Assembly: GCA_958009085.1 (NCBI GenBank)
Contig: OY253669.1
Coordinates: 1,488,001-1,552,000, forward strand
From: Protoeuglena noctilucae
Taxonomy: Eukaryota
DNA: 64,000 nucleotides
Direction: 5' to 3'
Of this stretch, positions 13,099 through 25,732 are shown piece by piece (the first letter of the stretch is position 1; every line of letters starts with the position of its first letter). The translations under genes and the position numbers were made by a program. The notes under the pieces were generated by a model that saw only the letters and a program-made list of their open reading frames with translations, did no database searches and was not told where the DNA came from.

Positions 13099-13742
13099 CA
13101 CGGGCGCCGCTCGGCCGCGGACAGCGACCGAGCAGCGGCCCTGCTGCCCAGCAGCGCCCTTGCACGTGGTGCGGACAAGAGTGAACCCAATGCGTCCAAC
13201 ATGAAATCGCATGAAGCTCAAGCAGCTCAGCGACGCGGTCACCACGTCATGACCACGTCTGAGCTAGCAGCAAGTAGTCGTCGGCCCTGGGGCTGCACGG
13301 AACTGGCGCTAGGGCGTGCCCGCTTCTTGCGCAAGCTTTGATGGTTCGGCGGCACGCACGACCCCGCCCTCTCGATTGTCTAGCATGCTGGGCAGGCCGG
13401 GCTGTTCACCGTGTCTCACAACGTTCTGAAAGCCGTTGCACATCCACAACTGCGCCTTCTTGTCGCCTGGTCCCCCTGCCTGGTCCTCTAAGCACCCCAG
13501 GTGAGACATGTATAAGAGCATAAAGGAGCACTGCACCAGAGCACCTTCACAGGTGCACTTTGTTGCGCGCGATGGCGTTGTGGCGGGGTTACCGGGCTCC
13601 ACAGCGCGTGCGCAGGGCTCCGTTTGCTCCCGTGTCCCCGCTCCCTGCCACTTCCGTCTGATTTCAAGCTTTCCATGGCGCTGTCCTTGCAGCGCGGCCC
13701 CGAGGTGCACCGGCGCGTGCTGGCCCAGCTGGGCCCGCGTCG

Positions 13743-16700
13743 CTAATGCTCCTGCGAGACGATTTGGACCCCGAAGTCCGAGGCCACCGCGGGCGTTGCC
13801 ACCCAGAACGTTTTCCATCCAGGGGTCCACTGCCTGCATGTCTGCGGTGCATGGGTGGAGGCAGGGATTTGTCAACTTGCTGTCACACTCTCTGGCCTCC
13901 CCGCTGCCCGCGCGGGCTCACATCCGCTTGGGAAAGCATCACGCAGTCCCCATCTCCCACGCCGTACGAAAATGCGTTGCAGCGCGCGTCCTCCGCGCAC
14001 CACCGCGCGCACTGCGCTGGCGAAGTGTCGGCGTCCACTCCCAGGACCTGCGCGTCGCGGCGTGGGGCGCTGTCCTTCGCTTCCGGGCCCCTTTTCTGAT
14101 TTCTATAGCATTGGTGCCTTCTCCAGCCGCGAGTTTTGCTTTGCGCTCCGCGCGCACCTCGACATGGCACGCCGTGAAGTGGTCTCCCCAGGCCACGAAC
14201 GTGGTCCCGCCCGTGGCGATGGACTCGAACGACCGCGCCTTGCCCGGCACGCAGTTGGGGACCGCATCGGCGTTTTCCATGTAGCGGGCGACTCTCTGCG
14301 CGCGCAGGAATGGGCAGCGCATCGCATAGCTACGTCCGCCATGCCTGCCCACCCGTCCGCCCCACGCAGGGCCAAGGCGGTGCCGCCCTTTCTCCCGCGG
14401 AGCGACGGAGGACTCGGAGGCATTCACAGGTGAGGCTGGGGCTGCGCGCACCTGGGCATGTTCCCGGATGAGGTCGAACGTGGTGTCCTCCACCCTCACG
14501 GCGCGGTCTGCGGGGGCCGAGAGGGTGAAAAGTACCAGTTCCAGGCGTGGAGGCGTCCCTCGGTGCCAGGAACGCCTTTCAGGGGTTGCTGTTCGGGATT
14601 GGGACCCAAAAGGCACGAACGACGACGGAGTCGGTGTGAGCCGCGGGCCGGCTGACGGGAAGACGGCGAAAGGCTGGCGGCGCGGGTCTCACCTGAGTCG
14701 TTCGTGCCGTTTGGGTCCCACTCCCAAAACAGCGACCCTTGGAGGGCGTTCCTGGCGCCGAGGGACGCCTCCACGGCTTGGAACATAGACGCGTAGAACG
14801 GGTCCCGCACCTCGGTGATATTCTCCTGTCCGCGCGCGGCCGCCTTGCCGAACTCCTCGGCCACGACCGCCTTGCCCATCTGCCGGGCGGACGCGAGCCG
14901 GGCGGCCACGAACGAGTCCTGGAAGTCCAGGGTGGGCACGCCCCAGTTGTCGACCCACAGGTGGTACGACGCATAGTCAATGGACGGGTGCCGGTGGTCC
15001 AGCCCAAAGTCCTGGCCTGCGGGGAAGGACGTCGGGCCGCCTTGTCCATCGACTACCCGTCCTACCACCTTGCTGGGCTCGGTTCCATACACCACCTTGA
15101 TTCATATCCCTTCCTGCGCTCTATGATGGTCAAATGTCGCTGCGGTGGCTCAGCATCCCGGGGAGGTGCTCCCTGCGCTGTGGATGGCCCCGTGCGTCGG
15201 CGGCGGGGCCTCACCGGTCTTGGACGCCCAGTAGCGATTCCAGGGGCAGCACTCGGGTGGGTGCTCCTCGACGGGGTTGGCCCGCAGCTCGCTCTCCCGG
15301 GACAGCAGGCTGTAGAAGCCCTCCTGTCCCACTGCAGCCACGGCGCGCGCGGCCAGCGATGAGGGCCACGTGCGCTCTGCTGGACCTGGTGAGCAGCCAT
15401 GCCTGCTGCGCTCGCCTGTGACCATGTGGTGGGCGTCGTGCTCTTTCAGGAACTGGCCCATCTCGTGGATCCAGTAGTCCATTTGCACCGCGCACCGCAA
15501 GGCGGGGTCGTTGGCAGAGTAGGTCGCGTTCTGCGGGGACATGCATGGACACGTCGCAGTCCAACCCTTCTCCCAGCGCCGTGCGCTTCCCTCCACCCAC
15601 GCAGCACGCAGCGCCATCGGATGTCTCCTCAAAGCGCCCAATGGCCCTCGCCTGGCACCGGAGCTCGTTCGCCAAGTCCCACGTCATGATGGTGGGGTCG
15701 TCTCGGTACGGCACGCACGTGACCGTGTTGTTGCGGCTCAGGACGGTCGCGACGTGGTTCTGGAAGAGCTTCATCACGCCCGGGTGCCAAAAGAAGTTGT
15801 CCTCGTCCGGGCACTCGGCCTGCGGTGGGTCGCAACGCAAGGATCCCAACAACAACTGCGCCCAGCGCCACGACCCCGGGCCTCCCAGGCCCGGCAGGTC
15901 TTCTGATCGACTTGTCTACAAGCCCAGCACTCGCCTGGTAGCACTGGGTCTCCTCGGCGTCGTCGTACGTCGGCTTGGTGGCCGTGGCCGTGGGGTCGAA
16001 CAAGGCGCTCTGGGGGTCCAGCTTGGGGTTAAAGTAGTAGAAGCAGTCGCGCACGGAGCACTGCCCGGCGTGCGCCCAGGCCACGTACTGCTTCTTCCCG
16101 TCCACGGCTTTCCACTGGTTCGTGAAGGTGAGGATCAGCTTGAGCCCCGCCTGCCCCGCGCGCGCGATGGCGCGGTCCAGGGCCTGGAACATCGTCTCGT
16201 TGTAGACGCCCGGCGCGGGCTGCAGCACGTCCGGGCGGTCGGACCCGTGCGCGAAGAACCTGTGCGCGCGGGGTTGAGGGGTGGAAGTAGTTGTGGGCCG
16301 GCCGGGGCTTATTAGCGGGGACCGCTGGGGCGCATGCGCAGCGCCAGGCTTCACGCACCGGAGGGTGGTGAAGCCCGTGGCTTGCGCGGTGTCGAACGCG
16401 ACCTCCAGCCCCGGGTTGCCGTGCAGGGTGTCCTCCATCACCTGCAAAAGGGACGGGGGACGTGGGCGCGGCACGCGCAAGCGGCACATGTGGCAGGCGA
16501 GTGCTGGGCCGCTGGGGGCTCTCGCCCACCTTCCACCCGTTCCACCCAACCATGACAAAGGGCTTGCATTTTTTGTCCACGAATCTGCCCTGGTGCACGC
16601 GGATGAAGCCCCGTTCGTCGTCGACGGCCCTGGAGAGCAGCGCCAGCAACCCGCCCGCTGCGGGGTGCGAGGCTAGTCGTTTTCGGTGCGACCCTCTCCT

Positions 16701-16805
16701 CACGCGGTCGTTGAGCGAAGGGTGGGGGTTGCCGGCAGCCGCGGCATCACCTGCCAGCGCCGCGGTCACTGCAGCGACGCAAGCCTTGCGGCACCAGGCC
16801 TTCAT
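13743..16805 (-). CDS. Secreted GH5 endo-beta-1,4-mannanase-like protein (copy B) with C-terminal PAN/Apple-like Cys domain
   Basis: Signal-like N-terminus MKAWCRKACVAAVTAALAG; GFIRVHQGRFVD; GFTTLR|FFAHG; LQPAPGVYNETMFQALDRAI; YRDDPTIMTWDLANELRC (acid/base Glu); HHMVT|VGQEGFY; IDYASYHLWVDNWG; AVVAEEFGK (nucleophile Glu); GSLFWEW. Tail: QCARWCAEDARCNAFSY...DCVMLSQAD|TCRQWTPGWKTFW...EH* (TAG 13743-13745). Confidence 0.9.
14538..14784. repeat. Long imperfect inverted repeat: intronic antisense copy (14538-14623) of the adjacent GH5 exon segment (14697-14784), spacer 73 nt
   Basis: 14538-14623 (gttccaggcgtggaggcgtccctcggtgccaggaacgcctttcaggggttgctgttcgggattgggacccaaaaggcacgaacgac) aligns to the reverse complement of 14697-14784 (gttccaagccgtggaggcgtccctcggcgccaggaacgccctccaagggtcgctgttttgggagtgggacccaaacggcacgaacgac) at 77/88 positions by my hand alignment. 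Confidence 0.95.
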
Positions 16806-17174
16806 CGCATCGAGCGACGTTTGTTTACCAGGGACCGCCAGCGCCGCTTGGGGGCCCTGGGACGCGGTCTCGACGGGGCGCGGGGTCTTGCGAGTCCCGA
16901 TGGTCGCCGCCGGGCCGCCCTCTGATCGGCGCTGCTCCTTTCCGCTTTCGATTTTGCGATGCCGCGCTGTTCGCGCCGCGCATTTCCCTCGAGCGAGCGC
17001 ACCCGTGCCAGTCTGACTCAGGGAGTGCCACATCCTCGTTTTCTTGCAGGTCAGCCAGCAGGTCAGCCAGTAACTTCAACCCATCGACTGTCGAGACGCG
17101 CTCATTCGCACGGGTGAGCGCAATGGGGTGCTAGTGCTTCGCCCCCTGTCTGTCTTCGGCATGTTAGGTCGGCT

Positions 17175-20100
17175 TCACGCCCCCGCCAGCCCCTTGATCG
17201 CTTCCGGCGACTCCATCCAATACGTCGTCGATCCTGCCTGCCACTGCGTTGGGGATTCACGGTTTCCCGCGTTACCTTCGCGCTTTCCTGCACAGCAACG
17301 TGTGCACATGCGGCCGCCCCCGGCCCCGCCCCGCTCGCTTGCCTTAGTGCACGTGTCGGCGGAGGAGTGCATGGTGCACCCGTCGCCCGACACCGTGAAG
17401 GCCGCGCAGCTGCTGTTGCCAGCGCAGTCTGAAGCGCATTGGTTGGCGTCCTTGGACCCGGTGCTCCCCTGATTGCTGGTGGTGCAGGAAACAATGCCGC
17501 GGCCGACGCCCACGAACGTCTTCCCCCCCGCGTTGACTGCAGGCGCAATTAGAACGACCCGGACTCGTACTCTCGCCGCAGCCACTACTGCGACCATCCC
17601 ACTTATACGCTGGGGTCGCTCTGCTACCCAGCGCCCTGCGCAGCCCTGTCAGAGCTGCAGGCGGCCCTCACCCTGGTGAAGGGAGCGGTACGACCCCGGC
17701 GTGCAGTTGGGGACCGTTGATGCCCCTTGGACGATACCCCGGAGCTTCTGGGCGTTGGCGACGGCGAGCTTGTAGGTGGAGTCGCCCGTGTGGACGATGT
17801 TGGGCGACGCCCCGTCCCCTGCCAGGTCCCACTGCCAGAACAGGGCGCCCTGGAGGGAGCCGCCGTCGTCCACGGCCTTCTCCAGCATGCTGCGAGGGGG
17901 GCCAGGCGACGGGTGCGATGCGTCCGGCTGGGCGACAGGTGCCGGCATGCGGTGCACCGTGTGCGATGCACCCGGCGCTCTCACTTGTACATACTGGAGA
18001 AGTACGGGTTCTTGGTGCCCTCATCGCCCTCCTTACCAAACTCCTCGGCCACCAGGGGCATCCCCATGGACTGCGCCGCCTGGGCACGGTGGGAGACATA
18101 ATCGTCCTGCGTGCGGGGATCGCAAGGCCACGGTTGGTGCCGGGGGCGCCCAACGCCTGCGCCCCATCTGCCCTAGCACCTGCAATCGCCGTGGCGCAGC
18201 TCACGAAGAACCCCTCCCACGCCATCTCCCAGTTGTCCACCCACGTGTGCAGCCCCGTGTAGTCGATGCCGTCGTGCTGGTGGTTGAGCTTAAAGTCCTG
18301 TCCTGCGGGGACGGGAGCCGATCGGCAGGAGCTCGTTTCTGCTGTCCTGCGTGCCTGGGGCTACCCGCATGCCTTTGTTGTCTTGCCAGCGGCTCCGCCC
18401 CTCACCCGTCTTTTGCGCCCAGTACTTCTGGTACGGGCAGCACGAGTCCACGTTGCGGTTGTAGGGGTTCGTGTCCCGATCCCCCTGGTCGCCGAGCACG
18501 CTGTAGAAGCCCTCCATGCCGACTGTGACCAGGTGGTTCGGGTCCACGCTCTTGGTGTACGCCGCCATCTCGGCCGTCCACGCGTTCTGCTCTTGGGCGC
18601 ACTTGACCCCGGGGCAGTTGCTCAGGAAGCATTGCTGCGGGCGTGGTGGCGTGCGCGGGTCTCTGGCGCAGGCAGCAAGCTGTCGGCATCGACTTGCTAG
18701 GTAGTTCCTCAGCATGCCATGGGCTGCGCCTGGCCAGTGCCCGTGCTCACCACGCAGCGCGGCTCGTTCATGAGGTTCCATGCCAGGATGGCCGGCTCGT
18801 CCTTGTACTCGCGTCCGGTCACGGTGCTGACCCGGTTGGCCATCCTGCGGCTCGGCAGAGGCACATGTGCCTTGGCGCCTGTTTGCGCCATGGCCAACGC
18901 CCACACGAGCGCCCAGCCAGGCCGCAGGGCGCTCAGCTCACGCGTGGATGTGGTTCTTGTAGAGCTGCTTGACCTTTTCGTCGTAGAAGAACTTGTCCTC
19001 GTCTGGGCAGTGGTCCTGCATATGGCACCGCGACCGAAGCCTTTGTCACACGCACGGCGTGGCTTTCGCTGCAGCCTTGCAGACCGCGGACATGGGCCGC
19101 TCGGTTTTGCTGCCGCCCTTGCCATGGCTTTTCCACTCTTTTGCCCAGCTGCCACCCACCGCTGCCAAGGGCGCACCAACATGCATGGCCCTGGTGCCCA
19201 CCCCGCCCGGCTCACCCGGAAGCACTGGTCCTCCGAGTTGTCCGTGAATCGACCCCCGTGGTCCAGCTGGTCCCAGCATGCTTGGATGCTGCAGTTGCCC
19301 ACGTTTGCCTGCGTGTTTGCGCGAAGGGCACACCCCGTGGCCGTCACACGCAGGCGGCTGGCTCGCGCAGCACGGCGTGCTGGCGGAAGGCGGGGACGCA
19401 GCCGTCAAGAGGTTGAGTTCAGGGGGCCATGCCTGATCCGGGTGAGGGCTGAGCAAAACCACACGCGTTCGCACTCACCCACGCCACGTACTGCAGCTTC
19501 CCGTCCACCGGCTTCCACATGTTGCTGAAGGTGAGGACGCACCGGATGCCGGCCTCCGCGGCCTTGTCGATGGCGCGGTCCAGCGCGGAGAACATGGCTC
19601 TGCGGTCGAGACGCATAGGTGAGGGAGGTGCACTCGCAGCTGGATGCGTGAGAGAGGGGCGTGACTAGGGGGTCCAACTCACTCGTTGTACACGCCAGGC
19701 GAGGTCTGCAGGGCGTCGCCCCTCAGCGAGCCGTGTGCGAAGAACCGCACCGTAGTGAACCCGGCGTCCTGTGCATGCTTGAGCGCCTCGTCGAACTCGG
19801 ACCGGCCGTCGCGCACCGCCTCGACGACCTGCGCGGGGCGCGAGGGCCGGGGCCAGGTTTCCCGGCTCCCGTGCGCTGGACTCAAGGCCGGTCGCTCGCT
19901 GTCCGCGCGCGCCTGCACCGCGTGCCGGGCCCCGAACGCGGGCCTTTGAGGGTGCTGGACCTTTGGGCCAGCCTGCGCCCGGGACCGTCCCGCTGCGCTT
20001 CCGCACTCACCCTCCAGCCGTTCCAACCGGTTTGGTAGAATGGCTTGCACTCGTTGTCCACGAACCTGTTGCCGTCGACGCGCACAAATCCCAGGGCCTC

Positions 20101-20303
20101 GGCAGTCCCGGCACCTGCGGCGGCGCGGGAGGGCTCCCTTCCGTGCCGCGCCTCGCTCATGTTTATATCCCGCATTCTTTCGGTCGCTGCTTGGGCGGGC
20201 AGGGCTCTGCGAGCTCTCGAGGGGCGCGGCGGCGGGCAGCTGCCTCACCCCAGAACCCGAGGACCGCCAGGGCGGCGCCCGCGGCGGCGATGCGTCGGAT
20301 CAT
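17175..20303 (-). CDS. Secreted GH5 endo-beta-1,4-mannanase-like protein (copy A) with C-terminal PAN/Apple-like Cys domain
   Basis: Signal peptide [119 protein letters not shown]. Tail: [17 protein letters not shown]...[21 protein letters not shown]. Tandem paralogue of 13743-16805. Confidence 0.9.
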
Positions 20304-20594
20304 CGCTGGGAATTTGATTTACTGCTCGATTTGAGCCCTGTCCTGGCCCCTCGCGGTCGCTGGCGGGTGCTGCCGGTGGCTTCGGCGGGAGCTAGATTTC
20401 CGGTGTGCGCGTGGAATCGGGGACCTTTCTTGGCGATGTATCGGATGTGCATCGGAATCTGCACTATGGGGATCCGTTTGGGGTGCCGTGGCCGTGCGAC
20501 GGCCCCCCGCCGGGCCTGTCCACCTGCTCACCCGCCCACCTGGGCACCTGCTTGCCCGTCGAGCGGCGGCCCGGCCATTCCTCACGCCGTGGCC

Positions 20595-22677
20595 ATGACC
20601 GGTCCCTTCTCCGCAGACGAAGACCTGGAGCGGGGCTCCCCGGACCCCAACCAGCTGACGCGACGGCTGGACCACCTCAGCGCCCACGGCGTCGTGGCGC
20701 TCCGGGACGTCGATGCGTCAGGCTGTTGGGGAAAGGGACAAGAGGGGGCGCTCGAGACGGAGATCGACTCGGACGAGGAGCTGCGGCTCGCGAAGGCGGC
20801 TGCCGACAGGTGGGCCGGCATGCGAGCCGCGCTGCGCCAACTCCCCGCTCTTGCCGAGGCCAATCCCGCGACCCAATCGCTGCTTGGCGTCCGCAGAGAG
20901 ATCACGAACAACAAGCTGGACCCCGACTACCACGAGGCGACGGCGCTGATCAAGACGATCGAGGAGATTGCCCAGGACTTCGGTTTGCGTTTCGCCTTTT
21001 TTGGCGCCGTCAAGGTCTTCCTGATCCTGGCCCTCATCTCCGGCGACACCTCCTTCATCGTCTTCGTCATCCTGCACCTGCGCATCCCCCTGTGGCTGGG
21101 CTTCCTCATCATCGCCGTGTTCAACCTGGTTGCCGGCATGGTCTTCCTGATCATCGCCACCAAGTACAAGTCGTGGGAGGAGAAGAAGAAGCGGAGGGAG
21201 ATGGCCAAGGACGCCCTCGCCATGGTGAGGCCGCCGGGGGCTGTCTGGGAGGGCCAGGCCAGGGCTTGCACTTGGTCGCGTCAGGCCCGGTGTCTCATGG
21301 GTCGTGCTCCTCACTTGATCAGAGGCCACGTGCTGTCTGGGCCACGGAGTACAGCCCCTCACTTGGTCAGTGCCTCGCGCGCAGAAGCAAGCGTCGGAGG
21401 AGGTGCGGACGACGATCGGCATGGCGCGGCGGGTGCACCACCGCCGGGGCGGCACGTTCGGCTCGCTAGGGCAGAACATGGAGCTGGCGCAGGCGGCGGC
21501 GGTCCTGCGCCCGTCGCTGGAGAAGGCGCTGCCGGCGAGCGTGCAACCCCTGGTCAACACGGTGCTGCGGAACATCGCCAAGATCGGGCAGGGCATGGCG
21601 AACCGGCAGGCGCCGGCGCCGGGGTCGTTCGGCGCCACGTTCGGGAGCGGCGGCGGCGGTGGGGGTGAAGCTGGTGGCGGCGGCGGGGCCGCGGCGCTGC
21701 TGGCGCCTCTGCAGATGATGGGCAACATGCGGCGGCGCCTGGGGAGCGCTGCGCAGGTCCCGGATCGCCGGCCCTCGAACCGGACGCTCAAGGACCGCGT
21801 GATGGCCAAGGTCATGTCCGAGCGGGCCAAGAGGAAGAACCGCACGCGCTTCGCCACGCCCGCCACGCGCATGACGTCGCGGCAGCGCGAGGTCTTCAAC
21901 CACAGGCGAGAGGCGTGGGGTGTGCAGCCTATGCGCAGGTCGACCGCGACTGCGTGCACCCTGGTGCGGCAGGGTCTCCGATGATCGCACCAGCCATGTC
22001 ATGGTAGCGCAATGCCAGCAGCAAGATGTTGCGCCCATCGACACCTGAATGTCGCCTGCCCCGCCTGGTGCGCCGCGCAGTGCGAGCAAGAGGTCTCCTT
22101 CGGGCGACGCCAGTGGCAGCGAGTCGTCGGGAAGCGGCAGCGGCAGCGGCAGCGTCCGCATCCGCAGCGGCCCGTGTGCGGCGGGCGGGGGCATCTTAGC
22201 CACCATCTCCTCAGGCCATGCCAGCAGCCACGACCGGGCTCTGCAGCAAGCCGTGCAGATGAACGGGTCGGTCAAGATGTCGGAGATTCCGACGTCGAGG
22301 GAGGGCAGCCCGGCTCCAAGGCCCAGGCACAGGCGAGGGGCGGGGCGGGAGAGACGGCAGTGTGAAGGGCGGTGCTGGCCTCGACATCCACGGCAGTGGT
22401 GGCTGCTGCTCATTCCCTCTTCTGCTCGCCACTGCCCTGCGCTGCACTGTTGCCAACCCCTGCCGTCGCTGGCCATGCCGTGCCTCTGCTGTCCGTCAAC
22501 GTCCTTCCCTTCCCTTCCCCACGCAGCTCGGCCATTCCTCCGGACGACCTGCACCCGGTGCTGTCGTCGTCGCGCACGGGGGTCAGCAGGGAGGGGTTCC
22601 GGTCACCCAAGGCGACCTTATTAGCGGACGCCGACGACGCAGACATCGAGGAAGGGGGAGAAGACACCTATGGGTAA
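20595..22677 (+). CDS. Hypothetical membrane protein (about 2 TM helices, long disordered C-terminus), 4 exons
   Basis: Strong GC3 bias. Hydrophobic block VFLILALISGDTSFIVFVILHLRIPLWLGFLIIAVFNLVAGMVFLIIA followed by KYKSWEEKKKRRE. Frames join through a GT intron after ...DALAM and GC-donor introns at 21906 and 22333, ending ...EDTYG* (TAA). Confidence 0.7.
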
Positions 22678-22933
22678 CCATGCCTGCCATGACACGTGCA
22701 CCAAGCAGTATTACTGGGTTTACAGACTCGCCGGCGCTTGCTGCGGTCATTTGAAGGTCCGCGAGAGCTGCCAACCGAGATCTAGCGTGGCACAGCCGAT
22801 GGAGAGCTAACAGCTAGCGGTGCCGATGTGCGTCCTGGACAACCTGCTGGCACTGGCGCGCTGCTCCCGCCGTGTATCGTCATAGCACATTCCCAATAGC
22901 CTTTCGCAGCCCTCGTGCGAGCAGAGGGTGCTT

Positions 22934-25732
22934 TCATGGGCCGTCTTGCTCCGGCACTTGCGACATCTCCACTGACCTCTTGTTGGGAAGGTAGCACACG
23001 AAGGTGCGGGAGGCGCCAAACGACCCCGGGTTCATGCACGTGGTCAAGTCGTCTGCGCGAGAACGACGGGGCCACGTGGTTGGCAAGCACGGCATGCTGC
23101 AGCTGCTGCCGCGCCACGCGCATGCGGCAGCTGCGGTGCGGGGCTGGGCAGGAGTCCCACTCTCACCATACATGGTGTGGGCGGCGTCTGTCTCGTCAGC
23201 CATGACGAGCACGTTTGGCGCCGGGTACAGTCGAAGGGCGTGGTCCATGTCCCACATGACCGGCTGGTGGCGAATGGGGATGGGGCAGAGGTGGCTCTGC
23301 TGCAGCTGCGTCGATACCAGGCCGTGAAACATCTGCGCGCACGGGAGTGGCGACAGATGCCTTGAGAGTTGCCTTCCTTAGCAAAATAAGATCCTCGCTG
23401 CCCCTCCCATGCCCCGCACTGCCCATGACTCGCTCGCTCTAGCAATGCCCTGCTCCATGAGCCGTCAAAAGGCCATCTTGAGCCGCAGCATCCAAGCCAT
23501 CACCTCGTTGTCCTCCTCATTGACTTTGGTGGGGTCGCCTTTGGGTGTTAAGATGCACAGCTTGCGCATGCGGCGCTGGAGGTTGTCTCGGAACACGACG
23601 ATCTCCTGAGACGCGTAGCGGATGCGGCAGGGGTCGGACATTACCTCGATCCCCGACTCCACCAAATCCCTGCGGGCGCGATCCGTGGCTCGCTGGCACC
23701 CTTGCACGCAAGGACAGCGTGCTACGGCTGCAGTTGCACTTGCATGCGGACGCCGGAGGTGGTCCTCTACTCCACTCTGGCATATCGTGCTCTCACCACA
23801 CCAAGTCCTTGGGGAAAGGTGCCCGCGGGAGCACGTTCCCGAGGCCGAGGTCCCCCGGCCCTGGCACAATCACGAACCGCGACTCCTCAGTCATGCGGGT
23901 GAAGCGGGAGAGCAGGCGTGACAAGGACGCAAAGGCCTCCCGGTACTGCCCCGCCGACGGGTGCGACCGAGACGTCGATGCGTGGGACAGGAAGTTTCCC
24001 TGCGGCAAAGCAAAGGCAAAGGGTCGGGGTGCGAGGTGGGGTTACCCCGAACCGGGCGCGGCGGTGGGAGAAAGCGACAACTTGTCGATTGCAGTTGTGG
24101 TCGTCTGGCCTGTTTGCGCTCTTTTTCACGTTCCGGTGGGATGCTTTCATCCAGACACAGCCACCCTCCCAGGACAGGGGAGGGACTGACATTGGTAATA
24201 CCAACCCAGCCCTGCCGATCTCACCATGAGGACAACGAGGGCCGGGACGCGCACCAGACTCTGGAAGACTGTCAGCATTCGTTCCAGGTTCGCCACCACG
24301 TCCGGTCGGTCCAGCCAGACGTCCGCCACAAACACGATGCGCTCGTCGGGGCGTGACGCCGCCCGCGCGCGCATGCGCTCCCACTGCCGGTCCGTCAGCA
24401 CCGGGGCCCTGCGAGCAAGCGCCATCGGCACATCAAATACCCCGCGTGCCCGGACAGACACGCGCAGTGCGGCTGCACCAAGTGCCAGCACCCGACCGTC
24501 ACCGTCACTCGCAGCGAACGCACCCGAAGAAGTTGAGCCCGTGAGCCGCGGCCTTGGAGGCGACGGGATCCTCGACAGGAGGGAAGCCCAGCGCGGTGGC
24601 CTTGAACGTGTTATCGTGCTGCAGGACCCCCTCTACCACAGCCACGCACGCCTCTGTGAAGAAACCCGGGCTCCACTCGGCCTCAGACAAGTCCAGCGCC
24701 ACGGACCCTGGGGACACAGTAACTCGAGGAGCGCATGTTTGCAGCCAAATTACGCTCATGGCACCCGGACGGCAACCCTACCCAACCCTAACCACACGCG
24801 GCGGGGTGCAGAAATCGTGCCCGGGCTCGCCTGTCGCGTCTTCCAGATAGTAGCGGCCCTCTTCCAGCTGAGAGAGGACGCCGAGAACGACGCGAGGGTG
24901 GCCCGTGGAGCCCAGGAGGGCCTGCACCGCGCAGAGGTCGCAGAAAGGCACGTGGTCCGGGCGGCCGATGTCCAGGGCTGGCCGTGTGAAAATCTTGTTC
25001 CTCAACAGTCGCTGGTGCAGCAGGGCGAGGCGCTCGCGCATCAACCCGACGCGGGCCGAGGCGTCCGGTATCGCCTGCGGGGCGAGCGCGGGCCACACAG
25101 GGAGTCCGGGTGGGTGACGTGCACGGTCTCGCCACGGCAGTCGGCATGCGCGGGGTTTCTCGGCACCTTTGGGGGCTCCTTGGCGAGGAAGAAGGTCCTG
25201 CGGATTGGGTCGCACACGATCTTTGGGCACTCAAAAGCGGAAATGACGAAGATGAGGTCTTTGGACGACTCATCGCCCTCGTCCCCCTCGTCTCCCGCGT
25301 GCGCTTTGAAGGCCTGCAAGCGGGCCATTCGTGGGTGGTAGGAGCGGCGGTGGCTCCGGACGCATGCGTGTCTCGCCCGCGATGGGTTCGCAAGTGCGCG
25401 GCTCGCCTGGTAGACCTCCTCCACGGTGACCACGTTGCTGTCCAGCGCTTCGAGGTCCAGCCGGTCCTTGACCACGTCCAGCCACGACCAGTCGTTCGTC
25501 TGCAAGATCTTCTCAGCGATGATCGTCGCGCCTTCCGAGTCGATGCTGCGGGGGATCGCGGGGCGCGGTTTCGCGCCCAGCATGGCGGCACGCTGCGCCG
25601 CAGGTCGGGGCGATGTGTGCGTCACCTGAGGCTCTCCGTCTGGAACGCCTGGCCCACTTGCTTCGCAACATGCTTCACTTGCCGCCTGTCGAAGGCCCCA
25701 GCAGTCAGGGCCTGGTCCTCGTCGGCGGTCAT
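22934..25732 (-). CDS. POLE2: DNA polymerase epsilon subunit B (DPB2)
   Basis: [154 protein letters not shown]. The start ATG at 25732 (MTADEDQ...) is inferred. Confidence 0.92.

Noticed and set aside
13100..13740. Possible small gene between DUF1308 and GH5 copy B
   Set aside because: Candidate exons do not join convincingly and show no motif. More likely UTR and promoter sequence.
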